64,000 nucleotides of DNA. Origin: Octopus sinensis. Lineage: Eukaryota. The DNA lies in the NCBI RefSeq assembly GCF_006345805.1, contig NC_043026.1, positions 8,184,001-8,248,000 on the forward strand, written 5' to 3'. The notes under the pieces are model-generated. The model searched no databases and had not been told where the DNA came from. It was given only the letters and a program-made list of their open reading frames with translations. The translations under genes and the position numbers were made by a program. This document shows positions 37,058 through 48,856 of the stretch, piece after piece (the stretch's first letter is position 1; each line of letters opens with the position of its first letter).

Positions 37058-37633
37058 GTGGCACATGGCTTGATGCTTTCACTCAGGTTTGAGCTGGGCT
37101 AGGGCAGTCCCGGCTATGGGCCGCAACCACTGCGCTGCCATCGTTCTCTTCATCAACTCAGCCGCAACTGTCGGGAACGTCACAGAGACCGAGACCCGCT
37201 CGAGCGAACAGTGTCCACCGGAGGCGACGACGACGTCGAGGAGGAGGTGGAGGAGGAAGAGGAAGTGGAGGAGGAGGCACACGGCGGCGACAGCAACTGC
37301 TTCGTCCGAGTCTACCCGTCCTCTGCGTCGCCCCACCTACCAACGCTGAAAGCAATCACGGACACCGCCACTGGGTGGCTGTGACCCCACCCTCATTCTC
37401 ACATACACACACACACACCAACATCACCCCATCTCCCTCCAAACTCCGCTTTTCACTCACACCCCACCCCCCGGTCAATTCTACTTTGCACTCACCTGCC
37501 TTCCCGTCTGGCCAGCTGACCAGCCCTTTGCCGTTCCCCTCACCTCCACCCTCCTCCTCTTCACCTCATCCAGTAGCAAAACTCTCCCCACCCCCCCGTA
37601 ACTCTCCTCCCACTGTACAAGCGCACGTGTACC
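37058..37633 (+). other. MAK: Probable 5'UTR portion of the MAK start-codon exon, with uORFs
   Basis: (CT)n-ttttcag| acceptor at 37057; GC-rich unique sequence up to a Kozak ACCATGG at 37634; in-frame TAG at 37574 excludes an N-terminal extension. Confidence 0.5.
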
Positions 37634-37734
37634 ATGGATCAATACCAGACCATCAAACAGCTGGGAGACGGAACCTACGGCAGCGTGATCCTGGCCAGGA
37701 AGCAAGACACCTCGCAACTTGTTGCCATCAAGAA
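37634..37734 (+). CDS. MAK: MAK exon 1 ([33 protein letters not shown])
   Basis: Gly-rich loop and VAIK; AA|gtgagt donor; 101 nt. Confidence 0.95.
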
Positions 37735-37782
37735 GTGAGTCCTGACTTAACAAACACTTTCTCTTTCTTGTCTTTTGTTTGG

Positions 37783-39109
37783 CTGTGTGGTAAGTAGCTT
37801 GTTTACCAACCACATGGTTCCGGGTTCAGTCCCACTGCGCGGCACCTTGGGCAAGTGTCTTCTACTATAGCCTCGGGCCAACTAAAGCCTTGTGAGTGGA
37901 TTTGGTAGACGGAAACTGAAAGAAGCCCATCATATATATATATATATATATGTGTGTGTGTCTGTATGTTTGTGTGTCTGTGTTTGTCCCCCTAGCATTG
38001 CTTGACAACCAATGCTGGTGTGTTTATGTCCCCGTCACTTAGCGGTTCGGCAAAAAGTGAATAAGTACTGGGCTTACAAAAGAATAAGTTCCGGGGTCGA
38101 GTTGCTCGATTAAAGGCAGTGCTCCAGCATGGCCGCAGTCAAATGACTGAAACAAGTAAAGAGTAGGTAAGGGTTGGCAACAGGAAATGCATCCCCTACG
38201 CCCTAGAATATTTGCCTCAATATATTGAATCTGACTCATTTGAGCAAAAGAGGAGTGGGGCTGTGTGAGAAGAACCTCCTTCCCATCCACGTTTCTTCCG
38301 GGTTCAGTCCCACTGTATTGCACTTAGGGTAAGTGTCTTCTACTATAGCCCCAGGTTCACCAAAGCCAAATGTGAGTAGATTTGGTACATGGAAACTGAA
38401 AGAAACCTGCTGAATATATACACATATATAGGCGCAGGAGTGGCTGTGTGGTAAGTAGCTTGCATCACCAACCACATGGTTCCGGGTTCAGTCCCACTGC
38501 GTGGCATCTTGGGCAAGTGTCTTCTGCTATAGCCTCGGGCCGACCAAAGCCTTGTGAGTGGATTTGGTAGACGGAAACTGAAAGAAGCCCATCATATATA
38601 TATATATATATATAGATATATATATATATATATATATATGTAAGTAGCTTGCTTACCAACCACATGGTTCCAGGTTCGGTCCCACTGTGGGGCACCTTGG
38701 GCAAGTGTCTTCTACTATGGCCCCCGGCCGACCAAAGCCTTGTGAGTGGATTTGGTAGACGGAAACTGAAAGAAGCCCATCGTATATATGTATATATATA
38801 TATGTAAGTAGCTTGCTTACCAACCACATGGTTCCAGGTTCGGTCCCACTGCGGGGCACCTTGGGCAAGTGTCTTCTACTATAGCCCCCGGCCGACCAAA
38901 GCCTTGTGAGTGGATTTGGTAGACGGAAACTGAAAGAAGCCCATCGTATATATGTATATATATATATGTAAGTAGCTTGCTTACCAACCACATGGTTCCG
39001 GGTTCAGTCCCACTGTGGGGCACCTTGAGCAAGTGTCTTCTACTATAGCCCCCGGCCGATCAAAGCCTTGTGAGTGGATTTGGTAGACGGAAAGTGAAAG
39101 AAGCCCATC

Positions 39110-39157
<48 letters not shown>

Positions 39158-39348
39158 TGTGTGTGTATGTGTGTATATGTTTGTGTGTCTGTGCTTGTCC
39201 CCCTAGCATTGCTTGGAAGCCGATGCTGGTGTGTTTACGTCCCCGTCACTTAGCAGTTCGGCAAAAAGAGACCGATAGAATAAGTACTGGGCTTACAAAG
39301 AATAAGTCCTGGGGTCGATTTGCTTGACTAAAGGCGGTGCTCCAGCAT
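37783..39348 (+). mobile_element. SINE A cluster including a 164-bp tandem head array
   Basis: GTAAGTAGC restarts at 38640, 38804 and 38968. Confidence 0.85.
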
Positions 39349-39399
39349 TTACAAACTCAGATTAAGCCGTCCTTCTTCATATCAGACATGACTCAAACT

Positions 39400-39775
39400 C
39401 TTTACTCTCTTTTACTTGTTTCAGTCATTTGACTCCGGCCATGCTGGAGCACTGCCTGTAGTCGAGCAAATCGACCCCGGGACTTATTCTTTTGTAAGCC
39501 CAGTACTTATTCTATCGGTCTCTTTTGCCGAACTGCTAAGTGACGGGGACGTAAACACACCAGCATCGGTTGTCAAGCAATGCTAGGGGGACAAACATGC
39601 ACACACAAACACACACATGCACATATATACGACAGGCTTCTTTCAGTTTCCGTCTACCAAATCCACTCACAAGGCATTGGTCGGCCCGGGGCTATAGCAG
39701 AAGACACTTGCCCAAGATGCCACGCAGTGGGACTGAACCCGGAACCATGTGGTTGGTTAGCAAGCTACTTACCAT
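39400..39775 (-). mobile_element. SINE A
   Basis: Reverse copy, tail-to-tail with the preceding cluster. Confidence 0.85.
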
Positions 39776-40681
39776 ACAGAACTATGACAACTTTCACAGA
39801 ATCTTTGGTGCTATGGGGGTGTTCGTTGACATTTTTTCACAGATGCTTCATACATAGTAGTGCATTGGATTGAGGTCTGGAGAATCAGGGGGGCCAAATG
39901 TTGGGCGTGATGTGATCATGCAAATTGTCAGCCATCCATTCGTGTGTCATTTGAGCCTTGTGTGATGGTGCAGAATCTTGCTGAAAGACATTAAGCCTTC
40001 CATTGCATACACTGTTGATCCAAGGCTTAACAACTTTAATCAGAACCACAGAAAGATCAAACACACATATATATATATATTCATATATATCTACAGATAT
40101 AAAGTCTGACGTTTAAAAATATAGTAATATATAAATATACGCATACATCTGTTCTCCATGCTAGCACGGGTTGGACGGTTCAACTGGGGTCTGGGAAGCC
40201 AGAAGGCTGCACCAGGCCCAGTCTGATCTGGCAGGGTTTCTACAGCTGGATGCCCTTCCTAACGTGAGTGTAGTGGGTGCTTTTTATGTGCCACCGGCAC
40301 AGGTGCCAGGGGTGTCTGGCAAATGGCCACAATTGGTTGGTGTTTTTTACATGCCACCGGCACGGGGGCCAGGCGAGTCTGGCAAACGGCCACGATCAGA
40401 TGGTGCTTTTTACGTGCCACCGGCACAGGTGCCAGACGAGGCTAGCAAACGGCCACGATTGGATGGTGCTTTTTACATTTCACCGGCACGGGGCCCACCC
40501 TGAATTTATGCCTAAACTCATAAAACATTTGGTATAAATTTGTTAAATTTAAAATTTGGGATAAAAAAACATACAATGACATATTAAAATTCCAGCGAAA
40601 AATACATAGAAGAAAAATATACAAATTTACAAAAATACATAAAAGTTCTTCTACGGTCTGTTCCGGAGACGCGCCAATTAA

Positions 40682-40860
40682 TATGTGTATATACGCAGCA
40701 GCATTCACCCTAAGGCTTTGTGGGAAAAAGCGAGGTGGCATCACATGTCCTTCATTGCTAACAACATCCAAGCCCATGACACTTGCAACCTCAGAAGGGT
40801 CTGTACATAGCCACCTGTCATTTCTTCTATTAGTTTTCTGCTCCTGGTTAAAGTTTTTTG
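40682..40860 (-). mobile_element. maT/DD37D-like transposase remnant (same family as 28133)
   Basis: NRRNDRWLCTDPSEV..VMGLDVVSNEGHVMPPRFFPQSLRVNAAAY. Confidence 0.72.
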
Positions 40861-40940
40861 TTTGACTAAAGGTGGTGCTCCACCATGGCTGTAGGCAAAT
40901 AACTGAAACAAGTAAAAGAATAAAAGAATACATACATATA

Positions 40941-40995
<55 letters not shown>

Positions 40996-41134
40996 CGGAG
41001 ATTGTACTTGCATAGCAAGTGATTTGATCTGAGATCGTGTGCTGAAACGAAAACAATTGCAGCGTGGAAGGTGTTTGTAAGCCATTTAAGAAACACACAA
41101 AAGCCGTTCGATTCACTTCAATATTTAAGTTTAA

Positions 41135-41182
41135 TTTGTCAAAATATTTTTGTCGCTATCAGACCGCGACCTGTTCATTGAG
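41135..41182 (-). ncRNA. Hammerhead-like motif, left-arm copy of the C8 variant
   Basis: CTCA-ATGAACA-G-GTCGC(9 nt)GCGAC-AAAA-ATAT-TT-TGACAAA. Confidence 0.35.
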
Positions 41183-41190
41183 TACAGATT

Positions 41191-41241
41191 TTTGTCAGTG
41201 AACAGGTCGCCGTCTTATAGCGACGATAATATTTTGACAAA
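41191..41241 (+). ncRNA. Hammerhead-like motif with G3:C8 core swap
   Basis: TTTGTCA-GTGAACA-G-GTCGC(9 nt)GCGAC-GATA-ATAT-TT-TGACAAA; 7-bp stem I. Confidence 0.45.
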
Positions 41242-41327
41242 TTAAACTTAAATGTTGAAGTGAATCAAACGGCTTTTGTCTGTTTCTTGAATGGCTTACA
41301 AACACCTTCCACGATGCAATTATATAT

Positions 41328-41361
<34 letters not shown>

Positions 41362-41427
41362 CTGTTGGTGTACCGTTGGCGATTTTTTTCCTCTGTCTTC
41401 CCTTCTCTGGATCTTTCCTTCTCCTAT

Positions 41428-41462
41428 GTTTCCGATGAAGAGCTCCGCTCGAAATGTTAAAC
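41428..41462 (+). ncRNA. Degenerate copy of the 23819 hammerhead family
   Basis: GTTT-CCGATGA-A-GAGC(TCC)GCTC-GAAA-TG-TT-AAAC. Confidence 0.4.
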
Positions 41463-42110
41463 CCTCCTTCTTCCCTTCTTTCCTTAGTGTCAAATAATAC
41501 TATATTTGTTCCACGTCCTCGCATTGTTGTGTTTTTTTGTACTTTCGTGTTTGGGTTAACTATATATATACATACATACATACATACATAAACCACATAT
41601 ATACACATGCATATACACACATACTTTTTCCCTTTGGTTTTTCCGTTCTCTCCCTCCCTTCCACCGAAAGTAAGATTAGGGTAGAGATAAAGCACAGCCA
41701 CCCCATTCCCTACCCCCGTGCCCCAGCAGCTCAGCTGGGGTGCTTACATACACCTAGGTACACAGGTGAAATAGCTTTATCGTTCAGGTATGAGCAGTAG
41801 TGGTAGAGGTAGGGAGGTGATCGTTGCGGTGGCGATGGTGGTGGTGGTGGTGGTTGTGGGTGGTGGTGTTAGGTGATCGTTGTAGTGGTTGAGGTGGGGG
41901 TGGTCATGTACAAGTGTACACATGCCTTGTCACAATTCTTAGTTCTCGTGTGTGTGTGTGTGTGTGTGCACGTGTGTGTCTACGTGTATGTATGTATATT
42001 ATACATATGTATATATACGTGTATGTGTCTATATATCTCCCTTAATTATATACATATGTGTTAGTAGCCACTACACACATTTTTCTCTCTCCTTGTTTCT
42101 TTCTGTGTCC

Positions 42111-42146
42111 CTTTCTGTAGAAGAGCATAGGCTCAAAATGTTAAAG
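42111..42146 (+). ncRNA. Degenerate copy of the CUGUAGA hammerhead-like family
   Basis: CTTT-CTGTAGA-A-GAGC(ATAG)GCTC-AAAA-TG-TT-AAAG; element 42064-42240 is the reverse complement of 3655-3835. Confidence 0.35.
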
Positions 42147-42297
42147 ACCTTTTCACTTCCCAAGGCGTTATCCTAATACATCTGTTTGTTTTATACACCA
42201 ACTGTTTTCATCTTTTGTTTTTTTCGTAAACTCTCCCTATATATATATATATATATATTGTATATATGTATTATTTATATATATGTATATGTATATG

Positions 42298-42328
<31 letters not shown>

Positions 42329-42404
42329 ATAGTATATATATATGTATATATATATTGTATATATATATATGAATATATGTATATAGTATATATATATAGA
42401 TATA

Positions 42405-42438
<34 letters not shown>

Positions 42439-42500
42439 GTATATATATATGTATATATAATATAATATATATATATATATATATATGTATATATTATATG

Positions 42501-42540
<40 letters not shown>

Positions 42541-42578
42541 TATATATGTATATAATACATATATATATATATATATAG

Positions 42579-42835
42579 GCGCAGGAGTGGCTGTGTGGTA
42601 AGTAGCTTGTTTACCAACCACATGGTTCCGGGTTCAGTCCCACTGCGTGGCATCTTGGGCAAGTGTCTTCTGCTATAGCCCCAGGCCGACCAATGCGGTT
42701 CGGCAAAAGAGACCGATAGAATAAGTACTGGGCTTACAAAAAAGAATAAGTCCCGGGGTCGAGTTGCTCGACTAAATGCGGTGCTCCAGCATGGCCGCAG
42801 TCAAATGACTGAAACAAGTAAAAGAGTAAAGAGAG
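42579..42835 (+). mobile_element. SINE A, internally deleted
   Basis: Head joined directly to tail at ...CCAATGCGGTTCGG. Confidence 0.8.
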
Positions 42836-43010
42836 AGAGAGAGTATATAGGAGTGCACTACCACGTCACTCCAACTGCTACATCACCACCATCCCCACCA
42901 CCATCACCATCATCACCACCACCAGCATCGTAACCCCCCTCCATCATCATCATCATCATCACCACCACCTTATATTCACTATGATGTTTTTTTTTTGTTT
43001 TCTTTAACAG

Positions 43011-43065
43011 AATGAAAAAGAAGTTCTATTCGTGGGATGACTGCGTCAGTTTACGGGAAGTGAAG
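43011..43065 (+). CDS. MAK: MAK exon 2 (KMKKKFYSWDDCVSLREVK)
   Basis: tttaacag| and AAG|gtaagt; 55 nt; MAK-specific KFYSW..C..LREVK. Confidence 0.95.
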
Positions 43066-43157
43066 GTAAGTGGGGTACACGGGGGTAGGTGTGTGTGTGT
43101 GTGGGTAGATGTGTATGTATGTGTGTTGGGGTACATAGCTATGGGTATATGTCTCTC

Positions 43158-43369
43158 TTTTTACTCTTTTACTTGTTTCAGTCATTTGACTGCGGCCATG
43201 CTGGAGCACCGCCTTTAGTCGAGCAAATCGACCCCGGGACTTATTCTTTTGTAAGCCCAGTACTTATTCTATCGGTCTCTTTTGCCGAACCGCTAAGTAA
43301 CGGGGACATAAACACACCAGCATCGGTTGTCAAGCAATGCTAGGGGGACAAACACAGACACACAAACAT

Positions 43370-43400
<31 letters not shown>

Positions 43401-43903
43401 CGATGGGCTTCTTTCAGTTTCCGTCTACCAAATCCTCTCACAAGACATTGGTCGGCCCGGGGCTATAGTAGAAGACACTTGCCCAAGGTGCCATGCAGTG
43501 GGATTGAACCCGGAACCATGTGGTTGGTAAACAAGCTACTTACCACGCGCCTATATATATACATATATACGACAGGCTTCTTTCAGTTTCCGTCTACCAA
43601 ATCCACTCACAAGGCTTTGGTCGGCCTGGGGCTATAGCAGAAGACACTCGCCCAAGATGCCACGCAACGGGACTGAACTCGGAACCATGTGGTTGGTAAA
43701 CAAGCTACTTACCACGCGCCTATATATATACATATATACGACGGGCTTCTTTCAGTTTCCGTCTACCAAATCCACTCACAGGGCATTGGTCGGCCCGGGG
43801 CCATAGCAGAAGACACTTGCCCAAGGTGCCACACAGTGGGACTGAACCCGGAACCACGTGGCTGGTTAGCAAGCTACTTACCACACAGCCACTCCTGCGC
43901 CTT
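43158..43903 (-). mobile_element. SINE A, tail + three tandem heads
   Basis: Reverse copies downstream of MAK exon 2. Confidence 0.85.
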
Positions 43904-44099
43904 TTAGAAGGAATCTTTCACATTACGTGTGTAAGCGCTTGCCTTAAGTCCTTAAAAATGTTTTAGCTCGAAGGCCGCGGCCATGCTGGGGCACCACCTT
44001 GTCAATCATTTCGACACAACCACACCCACACCCACACATGCTTGTATTCATTATGTTTGTTTTGTGTTATTTGTTATTGTTGTTGTTGTTGTTTTGCAG

Positions 44100-44221
44100 T
44101 CGTTAAGGAAGCTGAATCATCCAAATATTGTGAAATTGAAAGAAGTAATTAGAGAGAATAACGAGTTATATTTTATATTTGAATACATGAAGGAGAATTT
44201 GTACCAGATGCTGAAGGACCG
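44100..44221 (+). CDS. MAK: MAK exon 3 ([41 protein letters not shown])
   Basis: ttttgcag| and CG|gtgagt; 122 nt. Confidence 0.95.
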
Positions 44222-44739
44222 GTGAGTCTGTCTGTCTGTCTGTCTGTTCATACACACTGCTGCGACAGTCACACACACACACACACACACACGCATACAC
44301 ATGCACACACACACACTCATACACACATACACACACTCATACACACACTCACATACACTCATACACACACACATACACAGACACGTGCACACACACACAC
44401 ACATGCACACATACACACACACACGTGCACATGCACGCACGCACACATACATGCACACACCCATACACACACTCACACACACACATGCTAGGTTAATAAT
44501 AATAATAATAATAATAATCCTTTCTACTAAGGCCTGGAATTTTCGGGGAGGGTACTTGTCGATTACATTGACCCCAGTGCATAACTGGTACTTAATTCAT
44601 GAACCTTGAAAGGATTAAAGGCAAAAATCAATCTTGGTGGAATTTGAACTCAGAACATAAAGACAAACATAATCCCGCTAAGCATTTTGCCCAGCAAATT
44701 AACGATTCTGCCAACCCGTTGCCTTAATAATAATAATAC

Positions 44740-45258
44740 ATGGCTTCTGATCTTAACTGATTGGAAGTGTTATCATGTACATTGTTTTGTCTTGGTATAA
44801 AAGATGGGCTACAGCAAATATTCTACTCAATACCACAGATTTACTTGTCAGTTGTTTGACCATAAGCAGTTGACCTTAGTGGCTGACGATATGTGCATCT
44901 CTGATCAAGAGCAGAAGTAGTGGGGGAGCATCATAGCCATGTGTTGAAAGGAATTCTTAGAGGTTTGGATATTTCACTTTTGGAAACATGGGTGTTTCAT
45001 TCAACATCCTTAAACAAACCTTATTCAAGGACCTTTTGAGCGGGATGGGTTACTCGACCTGAAGGAAATTCTAACTGGGCCCCACCTGCAAGGTCATGCG
45101 CTGTTCATCTTGATATGAGATCACCATGTTGTGCACATATGGTTGTGATGCATGTGCCTAGTGTACCCTTATCAGATGGGTTGTCATGATGAGTATACTG
45201 GGCTTCGTATATTTTACCCCAGTGTCACTTTGAAGGCATGCACTGCTCTCTCACTCAA
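44740..45258 (-). mobile_element. Non-autonomous repeat family F flanked by (TAA)n
   Basis: Partial second copy at 46090-46400; both sit in TAA tracts. Confidence 0.65.
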
Positions 45259-45273
45259 TAATAATAATAATAT

Positions 45274-45800
45274 TATATTTTTCTGAGCTTGTCAAGTTCT
45301 TTCGCCGAGATATTATGATCACAGGGGATGCTCATGTCGATCAATAAGCAAATCGACATGAGCATCCCCTGTGATCATAATATCTCGGCGAAAGAATTTG
45401 ACAAGCTCAGAAAATATAAAGACCTGCTCATTGAAATTGAGAAAATGTGGCATCTCAAGGCGATTACAATACCAATGATCGTAGGAGCACTAGGAATGAT
45501 CAAGAAGGGAACTGAAAATTATATGAGAATGATCCCAGGCTTACCATCCCTGCAAGAAGTGCAAAAGATTGTCTTAACTGGTACATCACACGTATTGAGA
45601 AGAGCATTGTCGATGTGAGAACTGTTGCTGCTCATGTATTTTAATTTAACTTTATTTCTATCAAAAAAAAAAAAAAAAGAACGAACTAGTGAGTTTAGTT
45701 TAATGGCCTACCAATGTATACTATGAGTTTCTTTGCCCTAGGAGTCGGGAAGACACTCGGCAAGAAATGGAAGCAAATTTGAAAGAAGAAGAAAAACCCA
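45274..45800 (+). mobile_element. 5'-truncated Dong/R4-type (RLE) LINE in (TAA)n, with 5' fold-back
   Basis: IDMSIPCDHNISAKEFDKLRKYKDLLIEIEKMW...IPMIVGALG...VLRRAL is an RLE domain; (TAA)n on both flanks. Confidence 0.8.
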
Positions 45801-46056
45801 TAAATAATAATAATAATATAATAATAATAATAATAACATTAATAATGGTTTCAAATTTTGCCACAAGGGCAACAGTTTTGAGAGAGGGGATGAGTCGATT
45901 ACATTGGCCCCAGTGCGTAACTGGTACTTAATTTATTGACCCTGAAAGAATGAAAGGTAAAGTTGACCTCAGCAGAATTTGAACTCCGAATATAAGTACA
46001 CGAAATACTGCTGGACATTTTGCCTGGCGTGCTAACAATTCTGCCAAATTACCAAC

Positions 46057-46095
<39 letters not shown>

Positions 46096-46816
46096 GCCCT
46101 GATGTAGTACCAGGCAGTGGCTCTCATGGCTTCTGATCTGAACTGATTGGAAGTGTTATCATGTACATTGTTTTGTCTTGGTATAAAAGACGGGCTACAG
46201 CAAATATTCTGCTCAATACCACAGATTTGCTTGTCAGTTGTTTGACCTTAACCAGTTGAGCATGTCCCTTAGTGGCTGACGATATTTGCATCTCTGATCA
46301 CGAGCAGAAGTAGTGGGGGAGCATCATAGCCATGTGTTGAGTGGGATTCTTTGGGGTTTAAGTAATTCACCTCTGGAAACATGGGTGGTTCTTTCAACAT
46401 CCTTAAAGTAGTAAAGAAATAGGTATTTTGTCTGCTGCTACGTTCTGAGTTCAAATTCCGCCGAGGTCGACTTTGCCTTTCATCCTTTCGCAGTCGATTA
46501 AATAAGTACCAGTTACGCACTGGGGTCGATATAATCGACTTAATCCATTTGTCTGTCCCTGTTTGTCCTCTTTGTGTTTAGCCCCTTGTGGGTAGTAAAG
46601 AAATAGGTATGGGTCAATAAAATAGAGGACCAATTGATCCCTGGGCTCAATGTAAATGTGTAGACCCCTCCCCTCAAAATTGTAAACCTTGTAGATACAG
46701 TTGAAAAAACTATACACACACACACACACACGCACATGTATAATGTCTGCATATTTTTCATCCTCTCTTTCTCTTCTCTGTCTGTGTGTCTTGTGTTGTC
46801 GCCGCCGTTACCATAG

Positions 46817-46896
46817 GGACCGTTACCTGGCGGAGTCTGTAGTTAGAAATATCATCTACCAAGTTCTGCAAGGCCTCACGTTCATGCATAAAAATG
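46817..46896 (+). CDS. MAK: MAK exon 4 (DRYLAESVVRNIIYQVLQGLTFMHKN)
   Basis: ccatag| and G|gtgagt; 80 nt. Confidence 0.93.
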
Positions 46897-47146
46897 GTGA
46901 GTGTTTGACTTTTCTTCTTCGTTACCTTTTTCTCTCCCCAATTAAGTCAATTATATCGACCCCCAGTGCATAACTGGTACTTATTTAACCTTTCCCTCAT
47001 TCCCTCTTTCTTTCATCCTCTTTCTATCATTCTCTCTGTTTGCGTTCCTTTTCTCATTTTCTTTCCTTCTCACTACCCCTCCAAGATACTCCAACCCCTA
47101 TTTTTTTGACCCCTAATATTCTCTCTGCCTCTCCCTAATCTTTCAG

Positions 47147-47279
47147 GATTCTTCCACCGTGATTTGAAACCTGAGAACCTATTGTGTACAGGGCCAGACC
47201 TGATTAAAATCGCTGACTTTGGACTAGCGAGGGAAACGCGTTCGCAGCCTCCTTACACAGACTATGTCTCGACGAGATG
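47147..47279 (+). CDS. MAK: MAK exon 5 ([44 protein letters not shown])
   Basis: ctttcag| and TG|gtaaga; 133 nt; catalytic loop, DFG and TDY motif. Confidence 0.97.
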
Positions 47280-47414
47280 GTAAGAAGTTTCCAGAAATTT
47301 TCCAAAGAAAATTCTAGAATTCCCAGCCAGATGCATAGTTCGGGGATCAGGGCATCTCTCCAGATGGAATCCTTCTCTGCAGTGAGGAGTCACAGTTCTG
47401 GTACTAGGGACATG

Positions 47415-48310
47415 GGATCTTTTCCTTTTGAACGGCAGATGTCAACACAATTTCTAGTTAACTAAAATATTGTAAACTTCGTATACTGGTAGAATGTGTT
47501 TATAAAACATCAGTTTCTCTTGGTTTTATTGAGAAAATTCTATAGTTTGTAAGATATTTCATCTGAAAATCTGAGCATTTCGGCAGTTTCAACCAATCAC
47601 TCACGTCTATTGAGGTAAAAAAAAATATTCTGTGCCGTATGAATATGTCCCTCGTTTAAGAAACAGATTGGCATCTTTTCTGTTTGAACGGCAGTTTTTA
47701 ACATAATTTCTAGGTAACTAAAAAATTTTAAACTTCGTATACTGGTAGAATGTGTTTATAAAACATCATTTTCTCTTGGTTTTATTGAGAAAATTCTGTA
47801 GTTTGTAAGATATTTCGTCTGAAAATCCGAGCATTTCGGCAATTTTAACCAATCCTATGCTCTCTTTTGAGCTAAAATCATTTGCTGCATCTAAAACTGA
47901 GACAACATCCTGTAACTAACCCTAAACCTCCCCCTAACCCTAAATTTTATCCTTAATTGTTAAATTAATTTAATTCCATTGCTTTTGTTTTTTTTTACAT
48001 GCATAACAATTAAATTAATTTAACAATTAAGGATAAAATTTAGGGTTAGGGTTAGGAGGGAGGTTTAGGGTTAGTTACAGGATGTTGTCTCAGTTTTAGA
48101 TGCAGCAAATGATTTTAGCTCAAAAGAGAGCATAGGATTGGTTAAAATTCGAAAAATTAAACTACGTTAAACAAACGAATTACAATTTTCTCAAGAAAGC
48201 CAAGAGAAAAAAATGTTTTATTTTGACACATTCTACCAGTATACGAAGTTTTAAAGTGTTTAGTTAACTAGAAATTGTGTTGACATGTGCCGTTCAAAAG
48301 GAAAAGATCC
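47415..48310. mobile_element. Merlin-like fold-back MITE with duplicated left end
   Basis: GGATCTTTT...AAAAGATCC; 8-bp TSD GGGACATG (47407-14 / 48311-18); telomere-like blocks at ~47915-47945 and ~48040-48075. Confidence 0.8.
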
Positions 48311-48323
48311 GGGACATGTTAAT

Positions 48324-48460
48324 AGGTTGTCCCAAAAGTTCGTAAACACTTGCGAAAATTGAATTTTTACTCGCCAAGTACTAACAAAAACAACAAAAAT
48401 AATTCCTCAAAATAAAGACCATTATTTTCCAAGACTTTCTACGAACTTTTGGGACAACCT
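48324..48460. mobile_element. Mariner-like MITE
   Basis: AGGTTGTCCCAAAAGTTCGTA and its exact inverse, in TA context. Confidence 0.7.
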
Positions 48461-48579
48461 TATATTAGAATGTTTCGGGAAAGAATCGCAGGACGGCTTC
48501 TTGAAACCGAGCTAAATGGCAGGAAACGTAGGAGTTGGCCAAGAATAAAATGGCTGGATCATAGCCATTGTCTCAGTTG

Positions 48580-48830
48580 TGGAGGTGCATGGCTTAATGG
48601 TTAAGTGTGATGAACTCATTATCGTAAGATTGGGGTTTTGATTCCTGGACCGGGTGATACATTGTCTTCTTGAGCAAGACACTTCATTTCACGTTGTTTT
48701 AGTTCACTCAGCTGGAAAACAATGATTCATACCTGCGATGGATGGGTATCCCATCCAGGTGGGGGATATATACAACACGAAACCGGGAAACTGGCCCTTA
48801 TGAATCAGCAAGACTCGAGAAGGAAGCAGG
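48580..48830 (+). mobile_element. SINE family E
   Basis: GTGGAGGTGCATGGCTTA...GTTCTTGAGCAAGACACTT; copies at ~7050(-), 9170, 19670(-), 49265 and 52370. Confidence 0.75.
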
Positions 48831-48856
48831 TTTTTTTTTTTTTTTTGCGGAGGCTT

